DNA from: Rhizomicrobium sp.
GTDB taxonomy: Bacteria; Pseudomonadota; Alphaproteobacteria; Micropepsales; Micropepsaceae
Direction of reading: 5' to 3'
Assembly: GCA_035570795.1 (NCBI GenBank)
Contig: DATMKZ010000044.1
Coordinates: 282 to 64,281, forward strand
Length of the DNA stretch: 64,000 bases
Of this stretch, positions 8,908-17,201 are shown piece by piece. The translations under genes and the position numbers were made by a program. Numbering within the stretch: position 1 is the first letter of the stretch; each line of letters begins with the position of its first letter. A model generated the notes under the pieces. The model saw only the letters and a program-made list of their open reading frames with translations, made no database searches and was not told the origin of the DNA.

Positions 8908-9782
8908 GCCCGTGCCGCCTTTGGTTTGCTGCCCTTGACGCTGGTTCGCACCATCTCGCGCCGATGGCCATGGTAATCGTTGAGGGCGAAATGCTGCGTG
9001 CAGCGATTGTCCCAGATGGCGAGCGTGCCGCGCGCCCATTTCAGGCGCCAGGTGAAATTCTCGTTTACCGCATGGCGGAAGACATGGCCGAGCAGGCCGT
9101 CCGATTCCGCCTTGTTCCAGCCGGCGATGCGCTGGGTGTAGACCGGATTGAGATAGAGCGCGGGGCGCGCCGTCTCGGCATGGGCGATGACGGCAGGATG
9201 GGTGTGCTCGCGATAGGCCTCGGGCGAGGGCTCGATCTTCGTCGACATCCTGTCCTTGACGCCGTCGAGATAGCCGCCGGTGCCGTAGGCGGGGCCGGCG
9301 GAATGCACGGCCTCCAGGCCCAGCAGCGTGTCGCGCAGGCCCTGGGACAGGGTCTCGAATGCCATGTACTGGTTCGCCCACACGGTGTCGCCGCCGACCG
9401 GCGGCGTCTCAAGGCAATACAGCAGCGTGAAGCTCGGCGGCGCCTCGAGGTAGGAGAGGTCGGTATGCCAGGCGTTGGCGAAGTTCAGCTTTTCGTGCGG
9501 CTCTTTCAGGATGCGGATGACATAGGGCCGGCCCTCGACCGCTTTCACATACGGCGTGATGTCGCGGCCGCCGAGCGCGTCGGTGATGCGCTCCAGATCG
9601 TCGAGCGACAAATTCTGGTCGGGCAGGGCGACGACCTGATGCGCCAGCAGCGCGCCGCGGATGCCGGCGATCTCCTCCGCGTCGTTCGGTTTGGCGAGGT
9701 CGACGCCGGTGACATAGGCGCCGGCCGAGCCGTCGGCGGGCGTCACGGTGAGGCGTCGCTTGCTGTGGACCGCTGCCGACAT
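8904..9782 (-). CDS. TauD/TfdA family Fe(II)/2-oxoglutarate dioxygenase
   Basis: WHTDLSY (HxD), GGDTVWAN and WDNRCTQH (distal His). Confidence 0.9.
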   Translation of the reverse strand: MSAAVHSKRRLTVTPADGSAGAYVTGVDLAKPNDAEEIAGIRGALLAHQVVALPDQNLSLDDLERITDALGGRDITPYVKAVEGRPYVIRILKEPHEKLNFANAWHTDLSYLEAPPSFTLLYCLETPPVGGDTVWANQYMAFETLSQGLRDTLLGLEAVHSAGPAYGTGGYLDGVKDRMSTKIEPSPEAYREHTHPAVIAHAETARPALYLNPVYTQRIAGWNKAESDGLLGHVFRHAVNENFTWRLKWARGTLAIWDNRCTQHFALNDYHGHRREMVRTSVKGSKPKAARA

Positions 9783-9790
9783 GGTGCCTC

Positions 9791-10573
9791 CTATTTCAAT
9801 GCCGACGCGAAGAACGCGACGGCGCTCGCCTGCGCCACCGGCGTGGCCTGCGGATTGTGGCGCATGACGACCTTACCGCCCTTGCCCTGATTGCCGAACG
9901 GATCGCTGACTTCCATGTCGACGCCGGGCATGTCGAAGCCGTGATGACAGTCCGCCATGACCTCGAGGCTGATCCGCGCGCGATCGGCGGGGGCGAGGCC
10001 GGCGACCAGCTTGGCCGAGATTTCGGGATCGTTGTCGTATTGGTCGAGCGCGCCGGTGACCAAGAGGATGGGCGCGTCGACCAGATCGCCGAATTCGAAA
10101 CCCGGCACGCGGTTATAGGCCCAGGCGGCGGGATAGACCGGCATGAAGGCGCGGAAATGGTCGCCCTTCAGGAACGCCGCGTTGCGCGCCTGCGTGGCGG
10201 CGAACATCGCGACGACGCCGCCGAAGGAGAAGCCGGCGACGCCGATGCGCGCGGCATCCACCGCGGGATGCGCGGCGAGCAGGGCGCGGGCGCCGTAGAG
10301 GTCCGCCAGCGCGTCGGCAGGACGCGGCCTTCCTTCGGCGCCGCCCTTGAAGTCGCGGGCCGCCCACATGTCGGGCTCCAGCGTTGCGAAGCCGGCTGCG
10401 TTCAGCGCGTCGGCATAGCCGGCCTCGCGCAAGCTGGGGCCGGCCGAGCCGTGCAGCAGGATGACGGCGGGATGCTTGTCCTTGCCGTCCTGCGGCAGGC
10501 GCAGGCGTGCGGCAACGGCGAGCGGCTGTGCCTGCTGCGCGGCAAAGGTGACGTAATGAAGCGTCGCGGTCAT
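9791..10573 (-). CDS. Dienelactone hydrolase-like alpha/beta hydrolase (Ser nucleophile)
   Basis: PAVILLHGSAG, GFSFGG nucleophile elbow, HHGFD. Start taken at MTATLHY. Confidence 0.8.
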   Translation of the reverse strand: MTATLHYVTFAAQQAQPLAVAARLRLPQDGKDKHPAVILLHGSAGPSLREAGYADALNAAGFATLEPDMWAARDFKGGAEGRPRPADALADLYGARALLAAHPAVDAARIGVAGFSFGGVVAMFAATQARNAAFLKGDHFRAFMPVYPAAWAYNRVPGFEFGDLVDAPILLVTGALDQYDNDPEISAKLVAGLAPADRARISLEVMADCHHGFDMPGVDMEVSDPFGNQGKGGKVVMRHNPQATPVAQASAVAFFASALK

Positions 10574-10716
10574 CGCTCTGGCCCTATAAGCCTTTGAAAA
10601 CATTCAATCGGTGTACATTCGAACCTGGGGTTCGCGAAGGGGGGGTGGGGGGTGCGCACGCCCCCCGCCGGGCCGGCCATCGGGGGGCAGTTTTGCGCGG
10701 TATCTTGGTGTGGCAT
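10570..10716 (-). CDS. Possible 48-aa Pro/Cys-rich small protein
   Basis: AGGAGAAAGGA upstream of the ATG; its TGA overlaps the hydrolase ATG (ATGA). No recognisable domain. Confidence 0.25.
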   Translation of the reverse strand: MPHQDTAQNCPPMAGPAGGVRTPHPPFANPRFECTPIECFQRLIGPER

Positions 10717-10834
10717 GGCCGGTCCTTTCTCCTGGCGCGCAGTATCGCACCGTTCCGGCCGCGTTCGATAAGAAAGGCGTGAGCCGGCCGAAAAGCGAGG
10801 CTTTCCGCGCCGCCGCAACGCCGCTGCTTCGGAC

Positions 10835-12040
10835 TTATGAACCAGCCCGTTTCGCCGGCGTGAATTTCACCGGCATGGTCTGCGGCCCGGAGATGAAATT
10901 CGACGGTAGCCAGCTGGGCGGCGCGGCGGTGCGGAAATCGCGCATGCGCGTCAGCACCTCCACCAGCATGGCGTCGATCTCGATGCGAGCGATGTGCTGG
11001 CCGAGGCAGCCATGCGGGCCGGTGCCGAAGGCGATGTGCTCGTTGGGCTTGCGCGCAAGATCGAGCGTATCCGGCTGCGCGAACTTCGCCGGATCGCGGT
11101 TGGCGGCGCCGAAATACATGACGGCCTTGTCGCCCGCGCGAAGCTTCACGCCGCCGAGCTCGACATCGCGCGTGACCGTGCGGCGCATGTAGATGACCGG
11201 GCTCGTCCAGCGCAGCAATTCCTCGCGCGCCGAAGGCAGGCGGCCGGGCAGGTCCGCCATCAGCCAGGCGAACTGGTCGCGATTGTCCAGCAGCGCCAGC
11301 ATGCCCGCCGAGAGCAGGTTGCGCGTGGTGTCGCCGCCGGCGTCGATCAGGAGCAGGAAGAACAGCAGGAACTCGATATCGTCGAGCTTCTTGCCGTCGA
11401 CTTCGGCGGCGAGCAGCTTGGTGGCGAGGTCGTTCTTGGGCCGGGCGCGCTTCTCCTCGATCAGCTTGCGGCCGTAGTCGAACATCTTGAACACGGCGGC
11501 GGCGCCGTCCGGCGACGGCGTGCCGCCGGCGGTGGTGTGGATCGCCTCGGTCAGGTGATAGAGCTCGCGGCCGTCGTCCAGCGGCATGCCCATCAGCTCG
11601 GCGATGACATAGGACGGCATCTCGCCGGCCACCTGGCTGACGAAATCGCATTCGCCCTGCTCGATCACGGCGTCGACGATTTGCTGCGCCAGTTCCTGCA
11701 TGCGCGGGCGGCGCTCGGCCGACACCGGCACGGTGAATTCCTGGCGGATCAGCTTGCGGAACGCGGTGTGCTGAGGCGGGTCCATCATCAGCATCATCTT
11801 GTAGGGTCCGAAGCCGCCCGCTTCCGCCAGCGGGTCCTGGATCATGATCGTCGGCTCGGACGAGAACGCCTGGAAATTGCGGTCGACGTCCCAGACGTCC
11901 TGGTAGCGGGTGATCGCCCAATAGCCGGGCCCGTTGGGCTCGGCCTGGAAATGCACCGGATCGTTGGCGCGCAGCCAGTCATACTGGTCGTGCGGATGGC
12001 CGGCGGCGAAACTTTCGGGATTCCACAGGTCGATCTTCAT
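10835..12040 (-). CDS. Cytochrome P450
   Basis: I-helix AGGDTT, ExxR (EELLR), heme-binding FGTGPHGCLG. Confidence 0.95.
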   Translation of the reverse strand: MKIDLWNPESFAAGHPHDQYDWLRANDPVHFQAEPNGPGYWAITRYQDVWDVDRNFQAFSSEPTIMIQDPLAEAGGFGPYKMMLMMDPPQHTAFRKLIRQEFTVPVSAERRPRMQELAQQIVDAVIEQGECDFVSQVAGEMPSYVIAELMGMPLDDGRELYHLTEAIHTTAGGTPSPDGAAAVFKMFDYGRKLIEEKRARPKNDLATKLLAAEVDGKKLDDIEFLLFFLLLIDAGGDTTRNLLSAGMLALLDNRDQFAWLMADLPGRLPSAREELLRWTSPVIYMRRTVTRDVELGGVKLRAGDKAVMYFGAANRDPAKFAQPDTLDLARKPNEHIAFGTGPHGCLGQHIARIEIDAMLVEVLTRMRDFRTAAPPSWLPSNFISGPQTMPVKFTPAKRAGS

Positions 12041-12079
12041 GGGTGTCTAATCCGTCTTTGATTTCAATTAACCCACACC

Positions 12080-12160
12080 CGTCATGGGCGGCCTTTGAGC
12101 CGCCCATCCAACTTGAGACCGCACCGAAGTTGGATGGGCGGCTCAAGCCCGCCCATGACG
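12080..12160. repeat. CGTC-tagged REP doublet (inverted pair of small hairpins)
   Basis: CGTCATGGGCGG..CCGCCCATCCAACTT, a 12-nt spacer, then AAGTTGGATGGGCGG..CCGCCCATGACG. A near-identical copy lies at 62295-62384. Confidence 0.85.
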
Positions 12161-12163
12161 AAT

Positions 12164-13192
12164 CTAGGATAATCCCGTCGGCTTGCCGCCCACGATCTGG
12201 TCGAGATATTCGCTGAGGCCGTAGCCGGTCAGGCCGTTGCATTTGTATTCGGTCATGCCTTCGGTGATGCGGGTGTTGAGTTCCTGCCCGTCCGGCGTCT
12301 TGCGGCGGTTGCGCAGCGGGATCAGCGACAGCACCTTGCCGGCGATCTCATAGCGTTCGCCGGACTCGCATCTGATCTTCGCGCGCAGGCCGGTCTGGTA
12401 CCAGTTTTCGTCCCAGTCGGTGTCGATGGCGCATTCCCTGATGAGATCGTACTTGCCGTCCTTGAACACCATGCCGCCCTGGCGCGGCTTGCCCTCGGTG
12501 CCGGCGACGATGGAGAGCATCATGCCGAAATCTCGGCCGAAATTGAGCGGGCACCAGCGATACCAGTTGATGGCCTGCCAGTAGCGCGGGCCCCAGCTCT
12601 TGTCGCGCAGGCCGAAACCGTCGACCACGAAGCTCTCGTCGCCGAGCGTGAAGCTGCCTTTCGCCGCCATGTGCTGTTCGTAGTGTGCCTTGGCGAAGGA
12701 TTTCTCGGGATCGATCGGGATGGGCCGGCCGTCCTCGCGCACGGTCTCGCCGCCGAACATCGGCGAGACGCCTTCGTAGTCGAGCGCGACCTTGCAGGCG
12801 ACTTGCGGGTTGTCGCGGAAGGCCCTGGACGGCTCCGCCATCTCGAAGGGGCGCGCCAGCACCAGGGCCTTGCCCTCATAGGTCACTCTTAATTTCTTGA
12901 AAGGTTCGACGACCTCGATTTTCATGCCGCCGGCGTTCATCGCCTTGTTGTCCGCGATCTTCGGCCGACCATACATGAAGGCGACGCGACCGTCGGGCAG
13001 GTAGAGGCAGGTCGTCATCTCGGCCTGGCCTTCATTGGGCCGGTTGCCGAGCCGGAACCAGCCGCCGATCTTGCGCGCCGGATCGAAGACGTTGAAATAC
13101 ATGCTTTCGTTGTAGTTGGAAGCCGCGTCCGGCGTGTGGGTGTATTCGTCCTGCGGCTCGAGGCGGAGCTTGTATCCTGTCGGCGCTGCCAT
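12164..13192 (-). CDS. Uncharacterised protein, probable tocopherol-cyclase/AttH-like beta fold (DUF7064/7065-like)
   Basis: YNESMYFN, HYEQHM, GLRDKSWGPRYW and YRWCPLNFG resemble this family. Start at MAAPTG. Confidence 0.55.
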   Translation of the reverse strand: MAAPTGYKLRLEPQDEYTHTPDAASNYNESMYFNVFDPARKIGGWFRLGNRPNEGQAEMTTCLYLPDGRVAFMYGRPKIADNKAMNAGGMKIEVVEPFKKLRVTYEGKALVLARPFEMAEPSRAFRDNPQVACKVALDYEGVSPMFGGETVREDGRPIPIDPEKSFAKAHYEQHMAAKGSFTLGDESFVVDGFGLRDKSWGPRYWQAINWYRWCPLNFGRDFGMMLSIVAGTEGKPRQGGMVFKDGKYDLIRECAIDTDWDENWYQTGLRAKIRCESGERYEIAGKVLSLIPLRNRRKTPDGQELNTRITEGMTEYKCNGLTGYGLSEYLDQIVGGKPTGLS

Positions 13193-13334
13193 CGCGATGT
13201 CCTTCTCTTTGCCCGATTGTGGGAGCATCGCACGGCGCTCCGCAATCGCGTTGTGAGAGCGCTGCGCACTTATTAGAGTGTCGGCAAAAGAGCGCGGGGC
13301 ATGCTTCCCCAGCGTCACCCATGGGGAGCGAAAG

Positions 13335-14939
13335 ATGCCTTGGAACTTCGGCGATATTCTCGATGCCATCGCGCCGGTCGTGCCGCAAGACGCGCCGGCC
13401 TTCGTGCACGGCACGCGGCGCATCAGCTGGGGCGAGACCACCAAGCGCAGCAACAACCTCGCCCGGGCGCTGATCCGGCGCGGCGCCAAGCCGCGCGCCA
13501 AGGTCGCGTTCTACATGCGCAACCGCCCGGAATATTGCGAGACGCTGGCAGCCTGCTTCAAGGCGCGGCTGACGCATGTCAACGTCAATTACCGCTACAA
13601 GCCCGAAGAGGTGTTCTACATCTTCGACAATTCGGACGCCCAGACGGTGGTCTATGGCAGCGAATTCCGCGACGTGATCGCGCAGATCCGGCCGCGGCTG
13701 GGCAAGGTTCAGACCTTCGTCGAAGTGACCGATGACGGCAAGCCGGCGGATTTCGCGCTCGATTTCGAGCTGCTGGCGACGGAGGGCGACGGCGCGCCGG
13801 TGAAGATCGAGCGCTCGCCGCAGGACGAATTCTTCATCTACACCGGCGGCACCACGGGCATGCCCAAGGGCGTGATCTGGACGCATGACGATTTGCGCGA
13901 GACCTCGCTGATCGCGCTGCGCAAGCTGGGGCCGGTGCCGGAGAATCTCGAGCAGGTCGTGGCGGCCATCCGGCTGGCAGGCCCCGGCGGACGCCTGCTG
14001 CCCGCCTGTCCCCTGATGCACGGCACGGGGCTTTTGATGGCGGTGTCGAACATGATGGCGGGCGGCTGCGTCATCACCCTGCAGCATCCCTCGTTCAGCG
14101 CGCACGAGATGTGGAAGGCGGTGGAGGACAACAAGGCGATGACGCTGGTCATCGTCGGCGATGCCTTCGCCAAGCCGATGCTGGCGGCGCTGGAGGAGGA
14201 GCCGGGGCGCTACGACACCACCAGCATCGTCAACATGATCTCGTCCGGCGTGATGTGGTCGCGCGAGGTCAAGCAGGGCCTGTTGCGCCATATCCCGCAG
14301 GCGATCCTGGTCGACAGTTTCGGCTCGTCGGAGGCGGTCGGCTTCGGCACCTCGATGATGACCAAAGACGGCGAGATCCAGACCGCGAAATTCACCATCG
14401 GCGACCGCTGCAAGGTGTTCGACGAGAACGACCGGATGGTCGCGCCGGGCTCGGGCACGCCGGGCATCATCGCCATGCCGCAGCCCATTCCGCTCGGCTA
14501 CTACAAGGACGCCAAGAAGACGGCGGAGACTTTCAAGACCATCGACGGAGTGCGCTATTCGATGCCGGGCGACTGGTGCGTGGTGGAGGCGGACGGCACG
14601 CTGACGCTGCTGGGGCGCGGCAGCGCCTGCATCAATACGGCGGGCGAGAAGGTCTATCCGGAGGAGGTCGAAGAGACGCTGAAGCTGCATCCCAGCGTCG
14701 AGGATGCGCTGGTGGTCGGCGTGCCGGACGACAAATGGGGCCAGTCGATCACCGCGGTGATCGTGCCGAGCGGCGTGTTCGACGAGGAAGACGTCCGCGC
14801 CCATGTCCGTCAGCGCCTCGCCGGCTACAAGACGCCCAAGCGCGTGCTGGTGGCCGGCGTCGCCCTGCGCGCGCCGAACGGCAAGGCGGACTACAAGAGC
14901 GCGCTGGATTTCGCCAAGCGCGAATTGGGGATTGCTTAG
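13335..14939 (+). CDS. Acyl-CoA synthetase (AMP-forming, FadD19-like)
   Basis: YTGGTTGMPKGV AMP-binding motif, FGSSE, PGDW, GRGSACINTAGEKVYPEEVE, PNGKADY. Confidence 0.9.
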   Translation: MPWNFGDILDAIAPVVPQDAPAFVHGTRRISWGETTKRSNNLARALIRRGAKPRAKVAFYMRNRPEYCETLAACFKARLTHVNVNYRYKPEEVFYIFDNSDAQTVVYGSEFRDVIAQIRPRLGKVQTFVEVTDDGKPADFALDFELLATEGDGAPVKIERSPQDEFFIYTGGTTGMPKGVIWTHDDLRETSLIALRKLGPVPENLEQVVAAIRLAGPGGRLLPACPLMHGTGLLMAVSNMMAGGCVITLQHPSFSAHEMWKAVEDNKAMTLVIVGDAFAKPMLAALEEEPGRYDTTSIVNMISSGVMWSREVKQGLLRHIPQAILVDSFGSSEAVGFGTSMMTKDGEIQTAKFTIGDRCKVFDENDRMVAPGSGTPGIIAMPQPIPLGYYKDAKKTAETFKTIDGVRYSMPGDWCVVEADGTLTLLGRGSACINTAGEKVYPEEVEETLKLHPSVEDALVVGVPDDKWGQSITAVIVPSGVFDEEDVRAHVRQRLAGYKTPKRVLVAGVALRAPNGKADYKSALDFAKRELGIA

Positions 14940-15059
14940 AGCGCAATTCGGAAAAGTGAGTCCATAGCGGCAGCGTATGGACGGTTTTCCGTAAAATTGC
15001 GCGACAATTCAAAAAACTGGAGCCGCATTCCGATTCAAATAACGTGAATGCGGCTCCAG
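14937..15059. repeat. TAGAGC-type alphaproteobacterial intergenic palindromic element
   Basis: Nested inverted repeats GCGCAATT/AATTGCGC, CGGAAAA/TTTTCCG and GTCCATA/TATGGAC, then a perfect 14-bp IR CTGGAGCCGCATTC (15017-15030) / GAATGCGGCTCCAG (15046-15059). Contains GANTC sites. Confidence 0.7.
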
Positions 15060-15061
15060 GT

Positions 15062-15094
15062 AAAAAAAGACCGGACCGCAGGGCGGCCCGGTCT
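15062..15094 (-). terminator. Rho-independent terminator of the small secreted-protein gene
   Basis: On the minus strand, an AGACCGG..CCGGTCT stem followed by a T7 run, about 20 nt after the stop at 15114. Confidence 0.8.
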
Positions 15095-15113
15095 CGCAAG
15101 GTCGATGCTTCGT

Positions 15114-15488
15114 CTACTGGTAGGTCGCCGACGTGGTGTGGCCGTCCCATTTGATGTCGATCGCCGTGATCGTGCAGAGGTCGAAGCCGTCGGTCCATTC
15201 CGCCGACGTGCCGTCGACCGTATAGGTCACCTTCAGATCCCAGTCGCAGGTCTCGCCGCGGCCGCCCGGGAAGTGGATCTTCACGGCGGCGCCGTCGGCC
15301 AGCGTATCCTGGCCCAGGATGTCGTCTCCCCAACTGTCGCTGCTGTGCTCGCCGATGAACACGCTCTTGATTTCATAGCCCGTGCTGTTGGTCAGTTCGA
15401 AGTCCTGCGGCGCGGCGCTCGCCGCCATCGGAGCGAACAGCGCGAGCCCTGCAGCTACGACGCCGGCGGCGATCAAATTCATTCTCAT
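15114..15488 (-). CDS. Small secreted protein of unknown function
   Basis: Signal peptide ending ASA-A; mature QDFELTNSTGYEI..SWGDDILG..CDWDLKV..FDLC with two Cys. Confidence 0.8.
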   Translation of the reverse strand: MRMNLIAAGVVAAGLALFAPMAASAAPQDFELTNSTGYEIKSVFIGEHSSDSWGDDILGQDTLADGAAVKIHFPGGRGETCDWDLKVTYTVDGTSAEWTDGFDLCTITAIDIKWDGHTTSATYQ

Positions 15489-15587
15489 GTTGCGTTCCTA
15501 AAGAAAGATGATGCCCCCGGCGAGGAGTGTCTTCCGCCCTATTTGCCGGGTAAGCAAGCGCGGTGCAGCGTTAAAGGGCGGCAATGG

Positions 15588-17201
15588 TCACTTTTGCCGC
15601 TCTAAAATCGCTTCCAGCGTCTGCAATTCGTCCGCCTCGCGCGCCGGCTTGTCCCAGCGGATGCGGTTGATGCGGGGGAAGCGCATGGCGACGCCGGATT
15701 TGTGGCGGCTCGAACGCTGCAAGCCTTCGAAGGCGACTTCGAAGACGAGACCGAAATCCTTGTCGGCTCGGACGCTGCGCACCGGGCCGAAGCGCTCGAC
15801 GGTGTTGTCGCGGACGAATTTGTCGATCTGTTTCAGCTCGTCGTCGGTGAAGCCGAAATAGGCTTTGCCGACGGGCGTCAGGCTGCGCGTGCCGTTCGCG
15901 TCCTCGCGCCAGACGCCGAACGTGTAGTCGGAATAGAAGCTCGAGCGCTTGCCGTGGCCGCGCTGGGCGTATAGCAGCACGGCGTCGATCAGGTGCGGAT
16001 CGCGCTTCCATTTGAACCACGGTCCTTTCGGGCGGCCGGCTTCGTAGATCGAGTCCCAGCGCTTGAGCATCAGCCCTTCGGCGCTCTTCGGGTCGCCCTC
16101 GGGCGGCGTGGCGCGCAGGGCGGCGAGTTCGTCCCAGCCGGCGAAGGGCTGCAGCGGCGACAGATCGATGCGCGCGGACTGCGCGCGCCGGACGAAGGCC
16201 TCCAGCCGCCGGCGGCGCTCGGCGAAGGGCAGGGCGCGCAGGTCCTCGGCACCGTCGAGCAGGAGGTCGTAGGCGCGGATGGCGGCGGGGAATTTGGCGA
16301 TGGTCTTCGCATCGGGGTTCTTGCGGTTCAGGCGCTGCTGCAGGTCGCCGAAGCTGTCGACGCGGCCCCGCGTCATCACCAGCAATTCGCCGTCGAGGAC
16401 GCCTTCGAAATTGAGCGCCGCCATGACGTCAGGAAAGGCGTGGCCGATGTCGTCGCCGGTGCGGGAGTAGAGCCGCTTTTCGCCACGCTCGCTGGCGGCC
16501 TGGACGCGGATGCCGTCCCATTTCCATTCGGCGGCGTAGTCTTTCGCGTCGTAGCGCGCGAAGTCGGTGGCTTCGTCGATCGCCTGCGCCAGCATGACGG
16601 GACGAAACCGCGCCGGCGCGTCGGGCGAGGGCTTGTCGCTGCGCTTCTCGAGCCAGGCGAACAGATCGCCATAGGGCGGGCGCTGGCTGTGCCAGACCTC
16701 TTCGATTCCGGCGACGTCGATGCCGCCCAGATCGGCAAGCGCCTGCTTGGCCAGCCGCGCCGAGACGCCGACGCGCAGGCCCCCGGTAAGCAGTTTGAGC
16801 AGCGCCCAGCGGCCGTCGGCATCGAGCGCGTCGAGCCAGGCTTCGAGCAGGCGCTGGACGTCGGCGCGCGAGGCGCTGCGCAGCGCGTCCACGACCTCGG
16901 GCAGTTCCGGCTCGCGATTGGCGCCAGGCCTGGTGGGCCAGATCAAAGCCACAGTCTCGGCGAGGTCGCCGACGAAATCATAGGACAGCGCGAACAGCTC
17001 GGCATCGACCCGCGCTTCGACCGCCTTGCGGATGAAGGCAGGCTTGGCGGCGTCGAACGCCAGCGCGCCGGTCAGCGCGGCCAGCGCCCAGCCGCGCTCG
17101 GGATCGGGCGTCTCGCGCAGATAGTCGCGCACCAGGGTGAGCTTGGTGTTGCGTGCGGGCGTGAAGGCGAGGCTGTCCAGCAGGCGGGCGAAGGCGCGCA
17201 T
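15588..17201 (-). CDS. ATP-dependent DNA ligase (ligase-associated DNA damage response type)
   Basis: Adenylation motif EWKWDGIR, LDGEL, EGLMLKR, WFKWK, and OB-fold MRFPRI. Confidence 0.92.
   Translation of the reverse strand: MRAFARLLDSLAFTPARNTKLTLVRDYLRETPDPERGWALAALTGALAFDAAKPAFIRKAVEARVDAELFALSYDFVGDLAETVALIWPTRPGANREPELPEVVDALRSASRADVQRLLEAWLDALDADGRWALLKLLTGGLRVGVSARLAKQALADLGGIDVAGIEEVWHSQRPPYGDLFAWLEKRSDKPSPDAPARFRPVMLAQAIDEATDFARYDAKDYAAEWKWDGIRVQAASERGEKRLYSRTGDDIGHAFPDVMAALNFEGVLDGELLVMTRGRVDSFGDLQQRLNRKNPDAKTIAKFPAAIRAYDLLLDGAEDLRALPFAERRRRLEAFVRRAQSARIDLSPLQPFAGWDELAALRATPPEGDPKSAEGLMLKRWDSIYEAGRPKGPWFKWKRDPHLIDAVLLYAQRGHGKRSSFYSDYTFGVWREDANGTRSLTPVGKAYFGFTDDELKQIDKFVRDNTVERFGPVRSVRADKDFGLVFEVAFEGLQRSSRHKSGVAMRFPRINRIRWDKPAREADELQTLEAILERQK

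Noticed and set aside
10610-10630. GGTTCGAAT on the minus strand, resembling a tRNA T-loop
   Set aside because: Flanks do not pair into a T-stem, and there is no acceptor or anticodon arm.
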